64,000 bases of DNA from Mobula hypostoma (Eukaryota). The notes beneath the pieces are model-generated. The model searched no databases, was not told the origin of the DNA, and worked only from the letters and a program-made list of their open reading frames with translations. The DNA is taken from NCBI RefSeq assembly GCF_963921235.1, contig NC_086097.1:236842001-236906000 (forward strand). The letters run 5' to 3'. Position numbers and translations under genes: made by a program. Of this stretch, positions 49,940 to 63,606 are shown piece by piece; position 1 is the stretch's first letter; every line of letters begins with the position of its first letter.

Positions 49940-51650
49940 ATCATAAGACCATAAGATATAAGAGCAGGAGTAAGCCATTCGGTCCATCGAGTCTGCTCCG
50001 CCATTCAATCATGGGCTGATTCAATTATTCCAGTCATCCCCACTCCCCTGCCTTCTCCCCATACCCTTTGATGCCCTGGCTAATCAAGAAGCTATCTATC
50101 TTTAACTTAAATACCTTAAATGTGATTATGATTCTATAACCATTTCGGATCATGCTCCACTTAAGCTTTCTATTAGAATTATGGCCAATATACAAAATAA
50201 TAGACAATGGCGTTTTAATTCGCTGTTGCTTCAGGACTCGGACTTTGTTAACTTTATGAATGAACAGATTGAGCTTTTCTTTACAATTAACCATACAGAG
50301 GATATTTCGGTTAACACTCTTTGGGACACTTTTAAAGCCTATATTCGTGGTCAGATTATCTCGTATTCTGCTGCTTTGAGGAAGAAGCAGAAGCAGGAGG
50401 AGATGGTAATTGTGGACATGATTAAAGAAATTGATAAGAAATATGTTATGGCTCCTTCTGAGGCGTTACACAAACAAAGAACTGAACTTCAAATGGAACA
50501 CAGTTTACTACTCTCGTCCTCGATTGTAAACCAATTAAAGAAAACAAGAAGTGAATTTTATGTTCACAGTGATAAAATTGGCAAGCTGCTGCCTAATCAA
50601 TTGAAATCTAATTATGTTAAATCTCAAATCAATCAGATTTATAACCAAAATGATCGATTGATACTGGATCATGTGGGGATTAATCAAACCTTTTGTGATT
50701 TTTATCCTTCTTTATATCAATCAGAGTCTCCTCGAGATTCTAAACATATGAATGATTTTTTAGATAATTTAGACTTCCCTCAGATTTCACAGGATATGTC
50801 TTCTATATTAGATACTTCCATTACTATGGATGAGATTAAGAATGTTATTATTCTTTCTATGAATTTGGGGAAAGCTCCTGGCCCGGATGGGTTTACCGTT
50901 GAATTTTATAAATGTCTTGCTTCTTTATTGATTCCTTGGCTCTGTAGGGTTTTTGAGGCTTCTCTGAAACTTGGTAAACTTCCTGAATCTTTTAATAGAG
51001 CGTCAATTTCTTTAATATTAAAGAAGGATAAAGACCCTGCTCAATGTGCATCTTATAGACCAATATCTCTATTAAATGTTGATTCTAAAGTTTTTTCTAA
51101 GTTATTAGCAAATAGACTAGAAAAAGTACTTCCTTCTATTATTTCGGAAGACCAAACGGGTTTTATTAAAGGTCGTTACTCTTTTTATAATATTCGTACA
51201 TTGTTAAATATCGTTTATACTCCCTCACAAAATGTTCCTGAGTGTGTTATTTCTTTAGACGCCGAGAAAGCTTTTGATAGAGTAGAATGGCCTTATTTAT
51301 TTAAGGTGCTTGAAATGTTTAACTTTAGCTTGAAATTTATATCCTGGATTAAACTGTTATATCATTCCCCTGTAGCCTCGGTCCGTACTATCTCTTTAAA
51401 CTATCTTTAACTTAAATACCCCCAATGACTTGGCCTCTGCAGCAGTTCGTGGCAAAAAATTCCACAGATTTACCACCCCCTGTCTAAAGTAATTTCTCTG
51501 CGTCTCTGTTCTAAATTGACGTCCTTCAATCCTGAAGTCGTGCCCTGTTGTCCTAGACTCCCCTACCATGAGAAATAATTTTGCCATATCTAATCTGTTC
51601 AGGCCTTTTACCATACGGAATGTTTCAATGAAATCCCGTCTCATTCTCCT
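49940..51650 (-). mobile_element. CR1 3' end split by an L1 fragment
   Basis: cataagaccataaga tail 49942; resumes 51401-51650. Confidence 0.88.
50116..51400 (+). mobile_element. L1/Tx1-clade ORF2 internal fragment
   Basis: SDHAP, WRFNSLLL, WDTFKAYIRG, KAPGPDGF, SYRPISLLNVD.K, SLDAEKAFDRVEW; 20-bp flanking direct repeat. Confidence 0.93.
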
Positions 51651-51704
51651 AATACTGAGCCATTGTGCAAATAAAAACAGTACATGTTCCATTCAGCCAT
51701 TAAT

Positions 51705-51910
51705 CACAACGCAAGAGATTCTGCAGATGCTGTAAATCCACTGTAACATACAAAGTGCTGGAGGAACTCAGCAGGTCAGGCAGCATCTATGGAGAGAAAT
51801 AAACAGTCAACATCTTGTCCAAAACCCCAAAAGGTTGAGTGATTATTCTTTCCATAGATGCTGCCTGTCCTGCTGAGTTCTTCCAGTGCTTTGAATGTGT
51901 TACTCAAGAC
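51705..51910. mobile_element. Penelope-terminus hairpin, decayed
   Basis: gtgctggaggaactcagcagg..cctgctgagttcttccagtgc with tail on left. Confidence 0.75.
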
Positions 51911-52509
51911 GCTAACTGCCTGTTTTTAGATCCATGTGAGAGCTTAAAATAGATTGACATTGATTCAGTTTACAGATTGATTATTCAAGAACTGTTCTAG
52001 CCAATCTTACCGGTAAACCAATCAGTTAGATTAGAAAATTGTTTCCTTTTCTTACACTGAGAAAAAGCTAAACCCGAGAAGAGTTTATTCATCAAAACTT
52101 CATGCACTCAGGGACATATAAAGCAATCATTAAAGCTTTAATTTTGGGAACTCATCAGAAAGACTCTTTGATGATACAGCAATTCCTCAGTACAGCACTA
52201 ATCGCTGAAGAGAGACTTGAACTTATAAGCTTCTGACCCCAAAGCAAAAATGATACCAACTGAATCACAGCTAAGGCATATATCACATGCAAAGTCTGAT
52301 CTATTCAGAAAATTAAATCCAAGGCAAATTCAGCAAATGTATTGCAAGCTCATTCTCACCACTAAGCAAAAATATTGCTTGAACACAAAGTAATTATTGG
52401 AATATTTCCGTGAATCTTAACACTCCAGTTTGGTATTGTTTTGGGTTCTTTTCTAGCTTACAATAGAATATTTAGAGAAGGCTAGATAATTGGTAGATAT
52501 ATAGGTATA

Positions 52510-52667
52510 AACACAAGAATTTTTTTATATGCTGGAAATCTAGAATAACACACACAAAAAATGCTGGAGGAGCTCAGCAGGTCAGAGGGTAATACATGGT
52601 CAACATTATGGACCAAGAACCTTCATCAGTCCTGACCTGCTGAGTTCCTTCAGCATTTTTGTGTTAC
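52510..52667. mobile_element. Penelope-terminus hairpin, decayed
   Basis: aaaatgctgga..ctcagcaggtcag..ctgacctgctgagttccttcagcatttt. Confidence 0.7.
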
Positions 52668-53364
52668 CCTCGATACCGTCTTGAAAATCAGTTGAAAACA
52701 ATTAGCGTATGTTAACAAGTAACCTGCCTTTCATAATACTATAGTTATGCAGCGGCAGAATTTTGTGCCTACATTGAGTTTTTCCAAATTTACCGATGCA
52801 TAGCAGGCATTGCTTGTGACTGGTGGTAGGATTTATGCTTTAATATTCGAATCATAATTGGTTGTAGGTCCGTTACATTTCTAATTATTTTGCAAAAGCA
52901 CTGAAAGTACAAAATCATTAAACTTGTTATGAGGTATTATATTATATTTAATGGCTTTATGTGAACAGTCTGAACCCTTTGGACATTTAGAAAATAACTT
53001 GCAATTGATTGGAAGAGAAATGATTATGAAAAAGACATTTATTCACGAAAATGATTAATTTCAATGGAGAGTTCCATTGGAATGAATAGATAATAAAAAA
53101 TTGCAATGATAGAATGTTTGATTCAACAACGTGATACATTTTCTAGGACATTGTTCAACTGCTCAGTTACTTTTTCCGCATGAAGTAATGCAGTGGTAGA
53201 AGTTTACCCTGGATGGACCACAAAATGGACAAACGGACAGTCTGACACTAACTTTGCCTTACCAATATCTCAGTACCAGTTGAATTCATTGTTAAGTGTG
53301 AGTAATAAATTCATATCTACAACTTAGCACCACTTAGTAAATTTGGTGCTAGCTTATTATTTTA

Positions 53365-53550
53365 TTTATTTAGAGATACAGCACAGATACTCTTCTGGAC
53401 CATTGAGCTGCAAAGCTGGCAACTCACCAATTTAACCCAAGCCTAATCACAGGATAATTTACAATCACCAATTAATCTTCTAGCCAGTAGGTCTTTGGAC
53501 AGTGGGAGGAAACCGAAGCACCTGGAGGAAACTTATTCATTCAAAGGGAA
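53365..53550 (-). mobile_element. V-domain SINE fragment
   Basis: gtctttggacagtgggaggaaaccgaagcacctggagg. Confidence 0.75.
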
Positions 53551-56500
53551 GACCATAAGACTATAAGATATAGGGGCAGATGTAGGCCATTTGGCCCATC
53601 GAGTCTGCTCTGCCATTCAATCATGGGTTGATCCAATTCTTCCAGTCATCCCCACTCCCCTTCCTTCTCCCCATACCCTTTGATGCCCTGGCTAATCAAA
53701 AACGTATCTATCTCTGCCTTAAATACATCCAATGACTTGGCCTCCACAGCCGCTCTTGGCAACAAATTCCACAGATTTACCACCCTCTGACTAAAGTAAT
53801 TTCTCCACATCTATGTTCTAAATGGAAATCTTTCAATCCTGAAGTCATGCCCTTTTGTCCTAGACTCCCCTACCATGGGAAATAACTCTGGCATATCTAA
53901 TCTGTTCAGGCCTTCTAAAATTTGGAATGTTTCTATAAGATCCTCCTTCATTCTCCTGAACTCCAGGGAATACAGCCCAAGAGTTGCCAGACATTCCTCA
54001 GACGGTAACCCTTTCATTCCTGGAATCATTCTCGTGAATCTTCTTTGAACTCTTTCCAATGTCAGTATAACCTTTCTAAAATAAAGAGCCCAAAACTGCA
54101 CACAATACTCCAAGTGTGGTCTCACAAGTGCCTTATAGAGTCTCAACATCACATCCCGGCTCTTATATTCTATACCTCTAGAAATGAATGCCAACATTGC
54201 ACTCGTCTTCTTCACCACCAACTCAACCTGGAGGTTAAACTTTATGGTATCCTGCACAAGGACTCCCAAGTCCCTTTGCATCTCTGCTTTTTGAATTCTC
54301 TCCCCTTCTAAATAATGGTCTGCCCATTTATTTCTTCTATTAAAGTGTATGACCAAACACTTTCTAACATTGTATTTCATTTCCCACTTCTTTGCCCATT
54401 CCCCTAAACTATCTAAGTCTCTCTGCAGGCTCTGTTTCTTCAAAACTATCCACTCCTCCACCAATCTTTGTATCATTGGAAAATTTAGCCACAAATCCAT
54501 TAATACCGTAGTCTAAATCATTGACATACATCATAAAAAGCAGCAGCCCCAACACCTACCCCTGTGGAACTCCACTGGTAACTGGCAGCTAGCCAGAATA
54601 GGATCCCTTTATACCCACTCTCTGTTTTCTGCTGATCAGCCAATGCTCCAACCATGCTAGTAACTTCCCTATAATTCCATGGGCTCTTATCTTGCTAAGC
54701 AGCTTCATGTGTAGCACCTTGTCAAAGGCCTTCTAACAATCCAAGTACAGCACATCCGCTGCATCTCCTTTGTCTACCCTGGTTGTAATTTCCTCAAAAA
54801 ATTGCAGTAGGTTAGTCAGCCAGGATTTTCCTTTCAGGAAACCATGCTGGCTTTGGCCTATCTTGTCATGTGCCTCCAGGAACTCCATAATCTCATCCCT
54901 AACAATCGATTCCAACAACTTTCCAACCACTGATGTCAGGCTAACATGTCTATAGTTTCCTTTCTGCAGCCTCCCACCCTTCATAAATAGCGGAGTAACA
55001 TTTGCAATTTTCCAGTCATCTGGTGCAATGCCAGAATCTATCGATTCTTGAAAGATCATAGTTAAGACCGCCGCAATCTCTCCAGCTACATCCTTCAGAA
55101 CCCGAGGGTGCATTCTATCAGGTCCAGGAGATTTATATACCCTCAGACCATTAAGCTTCCTGAACACCTTCTCAGTCATAATTTTCACTGCACATACTTC
55201 ACTTCCCTGACACTCTTGAATGTCCGGTATATTGCAAGTGTGAGGACTGATGCAAAATACGCATTCAGTTCCTCCGCCATCTCAGCGTCTCTCATTACAC
55301 TATCTCCAGAGTCATTTTCTATTGGTCCTTTATCTACTAACCCTCTTTCACCCTTTCAATATCTTTCAGTACTGAAAGTTATCTTCCAGTAAGCTTTCAG
55401 TATCTTCTTGGATATTAGTCGCCAGCTTCCTTTCATAATTCATCTTTTCCTTTCTAATGATCTTCTTAGCTTCTTTCAATGAGTTTTTAAAAGCTTCCCA
55501 ATCCTCTATCTTCCCGCTAGCTCTGGCTTCCTTGTATGCCCTCTCTTTTGCTTTAACTTTGACTCTGACTTCACTTGTCAGCCATGGTAGTATCCTTCTT
55601 CCATTCGAAAATTTCTTCTTATTTGGAATATATTTGTCTTGCACTTCCCTCATTTTTTGCAGAAACTCCAGCCATTGCTGCTCTGCTGTCCTTCCTGCTA
55701 GTGTCCCTTTCCAGTCAACCTTGGCCAGTTCCCCTCTCATGCTATTGTAATTTCCTTTATTTCTCTGAAATACCAACACACTGGAATTTAGTTTCTGCTT
55801 CTCAAAATTCAAAGTGAACTTGATCATACTATGATCATTGTTCCCTCAGGGTTCCGTAACCTTCAGCTCTCTTATCACTTCTGGATCATTGCACAACACC
55901 CAATCCAGCACAGCTTATCCCCTAGTGGGCTCAACAACAAGCTGTTCTGAAAAGCCATCCCTTAAACATTCTACAAATTCTCTCTCTTGAGGTCCAGTAC
56001 CGACCTGGTTTTCCCAATCCACTTTCATGTTAATATCCCCAACGATTATCATGACATTGCCCTTCTGACATGCCTTTTCTCTCTCCTGCAGTAATTTGTA
56101 ATCCACATCCCAACTGCTGTTTGGAGGCCTGTATACAACTGCCATTAGGGTCATTTTACCCTTGCCATTTCTTCACTCAACCATAGAGACTCTACATCTT
56201 CCAATCGTATGTCATCCCTTTCTAATGATTTAATATTATTTCTTATACACAGGGCTACACCACCCCCTCTGCCTTCCAACTTATCTTTCCAATACACCGT
56301 ATATCCTTGGACGTTCAGCTCCCAATGGCAGCCATCCTTTAGCCAAGGTTCAGAGATGGCCACAACATCATACTTGCCAATCTGTAGCTGAACTTCAAGA
56401 TTGTCCATTTTATTTCTTATGCTGTATGCATTCAAATATAACATTTTCAGTCCAGAATCTGTTGCTTTCTGTTTTAACTGCACCACACCTCTATTGCCCT

Positions 56501-56583
56501 GTAACTCATCCCACTGGCTATGATTATGCCTTATCATATGCCTGTCCTTCCTATCATTTCTGTTGAACACTATCTCTGATTTA

Positions 56584-57506
56584 CAGTGGCATACAAAAGT
56601 TTGGGCACCCCTGGTCAAAATTTCTGTTACTGTGAATAGCTAAGCGAGTAAGAGATGAACTGATTTCCAAAAGGCATAAAGTTAAAGATGGCACATTTCT
56701 TTAATATTTTAAGCAAGAAAACTTCTTAGTTTCCATCTTTTACAGTTTCAAAATAACAAAAAAAAAGAAAAAGGCCCGAAACAAAAGTTTGGGCACTCTG
56801 CATGGCAGTACTTAGTAACACCCCCCTTGGCAAGTATCACAGCTTGTAAATGCTTTCTGTAGCCAGCTAAGAGTCTTTCAATTCTTATTTGGGGGATTTT
56901 CACCCATTCTTCCTTGCAAAAGGCTTCTAGTTCTGTGAGATTCTTGAGCCGTCTTGCATGCATTGCTCTTTTGAGGTTTAGCCACAGATTCTCGATGATA
57001 TTTAGGTCAGGGGACTGTGAGGGCCATGGCAAAACCATCAGCTTGCGTCTCGTGAGGTATCCACTGTGGATTTTGAGGTGTGTTTAGGTTCATTATCCTG
57101 TTGTAGAAGCCATCCTCTTTTCATCTTTGGCTTTTTTACAGACGGTGTGGTGTTTGCTTCCAGAATTTGCTGGGATTTAATTGAATTCATTCTTCCCTCT
57201 ACCAGTAGATATTCCCCGTGCCACTGGCTGCAACACAAGCCCAAAGCATGATCAATCCACCCCCGTGCTTAACAGTTGGAGAGGGGTTCTTTTCATGAAA
57301 TCCTGCACCCTGTTTTCTCCAAACATACCTTTGCTCATTGCGGCCAAAAAGTTCTATTTTAACTTCATCAGTCCACAGTACTTGTTTCCAAAATGCATCA
57401 GGCTTGCTTAGATGTTCCTTTAAACTTTGGAATAGAACAGTTCATCTCTTGCTTGCTTAGTAACAGAAATTTTGACTAGGGGTGCCCAAACTTTTGCACG
57501 CTACTG
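56584..57506 (-). mobile_element. Internally deleted Tc1 transposon
   Basis: TA-flanked TIR cagt(g/a)gc..caaaagtttgggcacccct(g/a)gtcaaaatttctgttact; QQDNEPKH, WPSQSPDLNIIENLW. Confidence 0.95.
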
Positions 57507-57797
57507 TATTTCTGTTTTCCCCTTCCTCAGCCCTATCACTCTGGTTCCCATCCCCCTGCCAAATTAGTTTAAACCCTCCCTAACAGATCTATTAAACCTG
57601 TCTGCTAGGATATTGGACCCCTTTGAGTTCAGGTGTAACCCACCCTTTTTGTACAGGTCATACCTGCCCCTGAAGTGGCCCCAAGGATCCAGGAATCTGA
57701 AACCCTGCCCCCTACAGCAGTCTTTCCGCCATGCGTTAATATGCCTAATCATGCTATTCTTGTGCTCATTAGCATGTGGCACAGGCAGCAATCCTGA

Positions 57798-58853
57798 GGC
57801 TACGTCCACACTACGCCGGATAATTTTGAAAATGCCGGTTTCGAGTAAAAACGACAGGCGTCCACACTAAGCGTTTTTCAAAATATCTCCGTCCACATTA
57901 GACGGACATTTGGGCGAATCTCCTCCTACTGGGCATGCCCAGGACACACACAGAAAACAAGCGAAGAGGAAACGGTATACTTGGTGCGCGTTTGTCCAGT
58001 TACAGAGTAGAAAAACTTAAAAGGAATTGCTCTTGGCTCTCACGCAGGAGGTCTTAAAACTGAAAAAAACAAATATTGCAGCATATGGAGGCAACCGACA
58101 GGGAGTTCACGGACAGTATGACCCGGCTGACAACGAACATTGAAAAACTGACTAACTCTGTTGCATTAATAAAGCACCTTGTTAAATGTATAAAACATGT
58201 CTGCATCAGTGTTATCTTGTATTTCCATACAAGGTTACATTAGGCTGTTACACATCTATTGTCAGAGAAGTACTTGCATAAATAGGTAAACCACCTTGGT
58301 TCTTGGTTCTTGATCCTCCAAAATATTCTGCATGGAATTTAAACTGGAGGTGGCGGAGGGTGTTTTCTGTCCTTACCTTCATACAAGCAAGGACAGAAAA
58401 CAGGGCAAAGTGAGTATACTTATTTATTCAGTAAGCTATGGGTCAAAGTATTTGGTGAGTCCATTTCTAACTCTTCTGGCTTCAGTCTCATTGCCATCTG
58501 TTCTGAAATTGTTAGGTTCTGCGAAGCGCAGAATCAAATATCGCTGTGATGATTGTATGCTCTAGTATCAATTGTTTGGCGACAATGAAATAATAATAAT
58601 AAGAAGAAAACAATGAAATGCCGTGCTGCTGCCATCTGTTGTGGCACATCATGACAGCAGTTTTAAAAAGCTCCGTTTACCCCGTACACACTGCAACGGA
58701 TATGAGGCGTTTTCAGATTTATTCACTCTGGAGACTGTTTCTGAAAACCTCTGTTTTCAGGGGATGAAAATGCCGTTTTAGTGTGGACAGAGGGTCAAAA
58801 CGAAGAGAAAAAGCTTTGTTTTCAAAATTATCCGGCGTAGTGTGGACGTAGCC
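57798..58853. mobile_element. Non-autonomous PIF/Harbinger-type element
   Basis: Perfect TIR ggctacgtccacactacgccggataattttgaaaa; 3-bp TSD tga. Confidence 0.88.
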
Positions 58854-59179
58854 TGAGATTACTACCCTGGAGGTCCTGCTTTTCAGCTTCCTACTGAACT
58901 CCCTGAATTCTCTCTTCAGGACCTCCTCCCTGTTTCTACTTATGTCATTGGTCCAAATGTGTAGCAAGACTTCTGGCTGTTCATCCTCTCCCTTTAGAAT
59001 ACTCTGCACCTGAAGACGTACAGACTTCTTGTAGATGATGTTGGAATTGAAGTCCAAACTCTGGCATGCCTGAGCAGTAAAAAGCATCGTGCTAACTACT
59101 ACGTTACTGCAGCATCCTAATTATTGTGACATGCACTGAGGAACAGTAAAAAACTTGTTTTTATTGCTGCTCCTACCAA

Positions 59180-59590
59180 TGAATTCACTACAGCCATGCA
59201 CTGAAGTAGTCGTATGATGTAGGCAATCGTGGTCTTTTCACCTTATTAGGGAGAGAGAGTACCTGTGGGTTGCTGAATGCCGGATGAATTACGGTAGTCT
59301 TTGGGGTAACTGCAAGGTCCGTGTCTTTGCTATCGCTTAGCTCATGCTTGTGCTCGGTAGCGGGTGCGCTTTTGTTCTGTCGGTGGGGGGAGGGGGGATT
59401 GTTGCTCGCCACCGCGTACACTCGGGATGGGGGAGCTGGGGGGCAGATTTTAGGGTTCTCACGTATCACTGGCGTTGATTCCTTGGGGGCACTTCTCTGT
59501 TTTCATGGATATTTTGTGAAGAAAAAGCATTTCAGGATATATATTGTATACATTTCTCTGACTTTAAATTGAACCTTTGAACCTTTGATT
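59180..59590 (+). mobile_element. Family B non-coding retroposon 3' part
   Basis: Matches reverse complement of 7280-7640; (TTGAACCT)n tail. Confidence 0.7.
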
Positions 59591-59808
59591 GTTCTTGGCA
59601 ATTTTTTCTACAAAAGTAGTTGGACATTGCCTTCTTCTGATGGGTGACCCCAGCCATTGTCAGTACTCTGCAGAGATTGTCTGCCTAGCGTCAGTGGTTG
59701 TATAACCAGGACTTGTGATGTGCACCAGCTGCTCATATGGTCATCCACTACCTGCTCCCATGGCTTCACATGACCTTGATTGGTGGGACGAAGCAGGTGC
59801 TACGACCC
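59588..59808 (-). mobile_element. Family A SINE fragment
   Basis: Matches 16880-17130. Confidence 0.85.
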
Positions 59809-62320
59809 TATCTACCTGTGACGCCACTTTTAGGGAATTGTGTATCTGTATTCCTGGATCCCTCTGTTCTACTGCACTCCTGAGTGCTTTATCATTAACC
59901 CTGTATGTGCTACCTTGGTTTGTCCTTCCAACGTGCAATACCTCACACTTGCCTGTATTAAACTCCATCTGCCATTTTTCAGCCCATTTTCCCAGCTGGT
60001 CCAAGTCCCTCTGCAGGCTCTGAAAACCTTCCTCACTGTCTACTACACCTCCAATCTTTGTATCATCAGCAAACTTGCTGATCCAATTTACCACATTATC
60101 ATCCAGATCATTGATATAGATGACAAATAACAATGGACCCAGCACTGATCCCTGTGGCACACCACTAGTCACAGGCCTCCACTCGGAGAAGCAATTCTCT
60201 ACTACCACTCTTCGGCTTCTTCCATTGAGCCAATGTCTAATCCAATTTACTACCTCTCCATGTATACTTAGCAACTGAATTTTCCTAACTAACTTCCCAT
60301 GCGGGACCTTGTCAAAGGCCTTACTGAAGTCCATGTAGACAATATCCACTGCCTTCCCTTCATCCACTTTCCTGGTAAACTCCTCGAAAAACTCCAATAG
60401 ATTGGTCAAACATGACATACCACGCACAAAGCCATGTTGACTCTCCCTAGTAAGTCCCTGTCTATCCAAATGCCTGTAGATTCTGTCTCTTAGTACTCCC
60501 TCCAATAACTTACCTACTACCGACATTAAATTTACCGGCCTATAATTTCCCGGATTACTTTTCGATCCTTTTTTAAACAACGGAACAACATGAGCCACTC
60601 TCCAATCCTCTGGCACCTCACCCGTGGACAGCGACATTTTAAATATTTCTGCCAGGGCCCCCGCAATTTCAACACTAGTCTCCTTCAAGGTCCGAGGGAA
60701 CACGCTGTCAGGTCCTGGGGATTTATCCACTTTAATTTGCCTCAAGACAGCAAGCACCTCCTCCTTTCCAATCTGTACAGTTTCCATGATCTCACTACTT
60801 GTTTCTCTTAATTCCATAGACTTCATGCCAGTTTCCTTAGTAAATACAGAAGCAAAAAACCTATTTAAGATCTCCCCCATTTCCTTTGGTTCTGCACATA
60901 GCCGACCACTCTGATCTTCAAGAGGACCAATTTTATCCCTTACAATCCTTTTGCTCTTAATATACCTGTAAAAGCTCTTTGGATTATCCTTCACTTTGAC
61001 TGCCAAGGCAACCTCATGTCTTCTTTTAGCCCTCCTGATTTCTTTCTTAAGTATTTTCTTGCACTTCTTATACTCCTCAAGCACCTGATTTACTCCCTGC
61101 TTCCTATACATGTCATACAACTCCCTCTTCTTCTTTATCAGAGTTGCAATATCCCTTGAGAACCAAGATTCCTTATTCCTATTCACTTTGCCTTTAATCC
61201 TGACAGGAACATACAAACTCTGCACTCTCAAAATTTCTCCTTTGAAGGCTTCCCACCTACCGATCACATCTTTGCCAGAGAACAACCTGTCCCAATCCAC
61301 GCTTTTTAGATCCTTTCTCATTTCTTCAAATTTGGCCTTCTTCCAGTTCAGAAGCTCAACCCTAGGACCAGATCTATCCTTGTCCACGATCAAGTTGAAA
61401 GTAATTGTGTTATGATCACTGGAACCAAAGTACTCCCCTACACAGACTTCCGTCACTTGTCCTAACTCGTTTCCTAACAGGAGATCCAATATTGCATCCC
61501 CTCTAGTTGGTCTCTCTATATATTGATTTAGAAAACTTTCCTGAACACATTTTACAAACTCTAAACCATCTAGAGCCCTAACAGTATGGGAGTCCCAATC
61601 AATATATGGAACATTAAAATCCCCTACCACCACAACTTTATGTTTCCTGCAGTTGCCTGCTATCTCTCTGCAGATTTGCTCTTCCAATTCTCGTTGACTA
61701 TTGGGTGGTTTGTAATACAATCCCACTAATGTGGCCATACCTTTCCTGTTTCTCAGCTCCACCCATAAGGACTCAATAGACAAGCCCTCTAATCTGTCCT
61801 GCCTGAGCTCCTCTGTAATATTTTCCCTAACAAGCAATGCTACTCCCCCACCTTTCATTCCTCTGCCTCAATCACATCTGAAACATCGGAACCCTGGAAT
61901 ATTAAGCTGCCAGTCCTGCCCCTCCTGTAGCTAAGTTTCACTAATTGCTATAACGTCATAATTCCATGTGTCAATCCACGCCCTCAACTCGTCCGCCTTC
62001 CCTGCAATACTCCTATGTATACACCTCAGAAGATTTTAGCACCACTCACAACTTTTCTATTAGCGGATTTGCTTGAACTTTTAACATCATTTATTTTCAC
62101 CCCAGCCACACTGTCAGCTCTGGCACTTTGGTTCCCATCCCCTTGCAAATCTAGTTTAAAGCCTCCCCAATAGCACTAACTAACCTCCCTGAAAGGATAT
62201 TGGTCCCCCTGTAGTTCAAGTGTAACCCGTCTCTCTTGTACAGGTCCCACCTGCCCCAGAAGAGGTCCTAATGATCCTGAAATCTGAAACCCTGCCCCTT
62301 ACACCAGTTCCTCAGCCACT
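59809..62320 (-). mobile_element. CR1 lacking its 3' end; ORF2 APE+RT largely open (59809-61858)
   Basis: GGGVALL, VGDFN, SDHN, KSPGPD, FADD; ORF1 tail remnant 62155-62320. Confidence 0.95.
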
Positions 62321-63119
62321 CATCAGTTAATCATTCTACTGATGAGCCCCGGAATGGGTTTTTCATGCTCTCTGCCAAATGGGAATGAATCCTAAGTTAG
62401 AGACAGAAACACTGGAACATTGTGCTGCTCATAAAATGGTTTTGCTTTCCTGATATATGCACTATCACCTATTATCTTCCTAAGATAACCCTGACTTTTT
62501 TCTTATAGTGTATTATTATTCTGAACAGCTTTCATCCTTTGAAGAAATAATCATCACTGTAAGTCTCACCCTTCGGTATAATTGCATGACTTTATAATGT
62601 CATGTGATAAACATCAATTAATACAAATCGGAGTGTATATGGTAACACATATGTACTTTGATAATAAATTTACTTTGAACTTTGAAAGAATAGTTTAATT
62701 CCTGTAGGAGCCATGTACCTGTTTTCTATCTGCTTTGTATTCTGTGTTAGACCATAAGATCTAGGAGCAGAATTACGCCATTTAGCCCACAGAAATCTCA
62801 AAATTCTGATTTGGAGTAAGGTTAAAAGTGATGTAGATATCTGGATGAAAACCAGTCAATGAAATGGAACCAAGTTATTTCACTACCTATTTCCTGTAGA
62901 GAAATTAAGCTCTGTTTACATTCTTGCTGTAAGGGTATTATACTGAGGAAATTCTAGACTACACTCAAGCATTTGTACTTTTAGCCTCTAAGAATCCAGG
63001 GGAAAACAGGCCAGGTGAGACCCCATGTGCAATCATACAGAAACCTATAGGTGGACCCAGATCTTGCTGGAAGGGCAATGATTAACCAGTAATATCTTTT
63101 TTGAGCTATTATGCAGTTA

Positions 63120-63606
63120 GAACACTAATGCCTTTGAGCGGAAAATCCTATAAAAAATAATGGATTCGGCCCAGTACATTGGGGGTAAAACCACATCTAC
63201 ATGAAACATTGCCGTAGAAAAGCAGCATCCGTCTCCAAAGATCCTCACCACTCAGGCCATGTTCTTTTCTTGTTTCTGCCATCAGGAAGAAGGTACAAGA
63301 GTCTCAGGGCTCGCACCACCAGGTTCAAAACCAGTTACTACCCCTCAACCATCAAACTCTTGAACAAAAGGGGATATCTACGCTCATTCTATTTCAACAA
63401 TCAATGGTCTCATTTTAAGGGTTCTTTATCTTGCTACTTCATACTCACTATTTATTGCTATGTATTACATTTGCATTTGGACAGTTTGTTGTTCATTGAT
63501 CCTGTTAAACAGTTACTGTTCTGAGTATGCCTTCAGGAAAAAGCATGTCAGGGCTGTATGTGGTGACATGTATATATTCTGATAATAAATTTTACTTTGA
63601 ACTTTT
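63120..63606 (+). mobile_element. Rex/L2-like 3' fragment
   Basis: KAASVSKDPHH..LPSGRRY..SYYPSTIKLLN; aataaattttactttgaacttt tail. Confidence 0.8.

Larger units (their letters stand above)
53551..59010 (-). mobile_element. Long CR1 with ORF2 (APE+RT) and ORF1 SGNH esterase remnant, carrying two DNA-transposon insertions
   Basis: YLNAYSIRNK, VYRPPN, KSPGPD, PHLEYC; ORF1 LHIWTND..VVISG|LLPVP..GLHLN split at 57797/58854. Confidence 0.92.
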
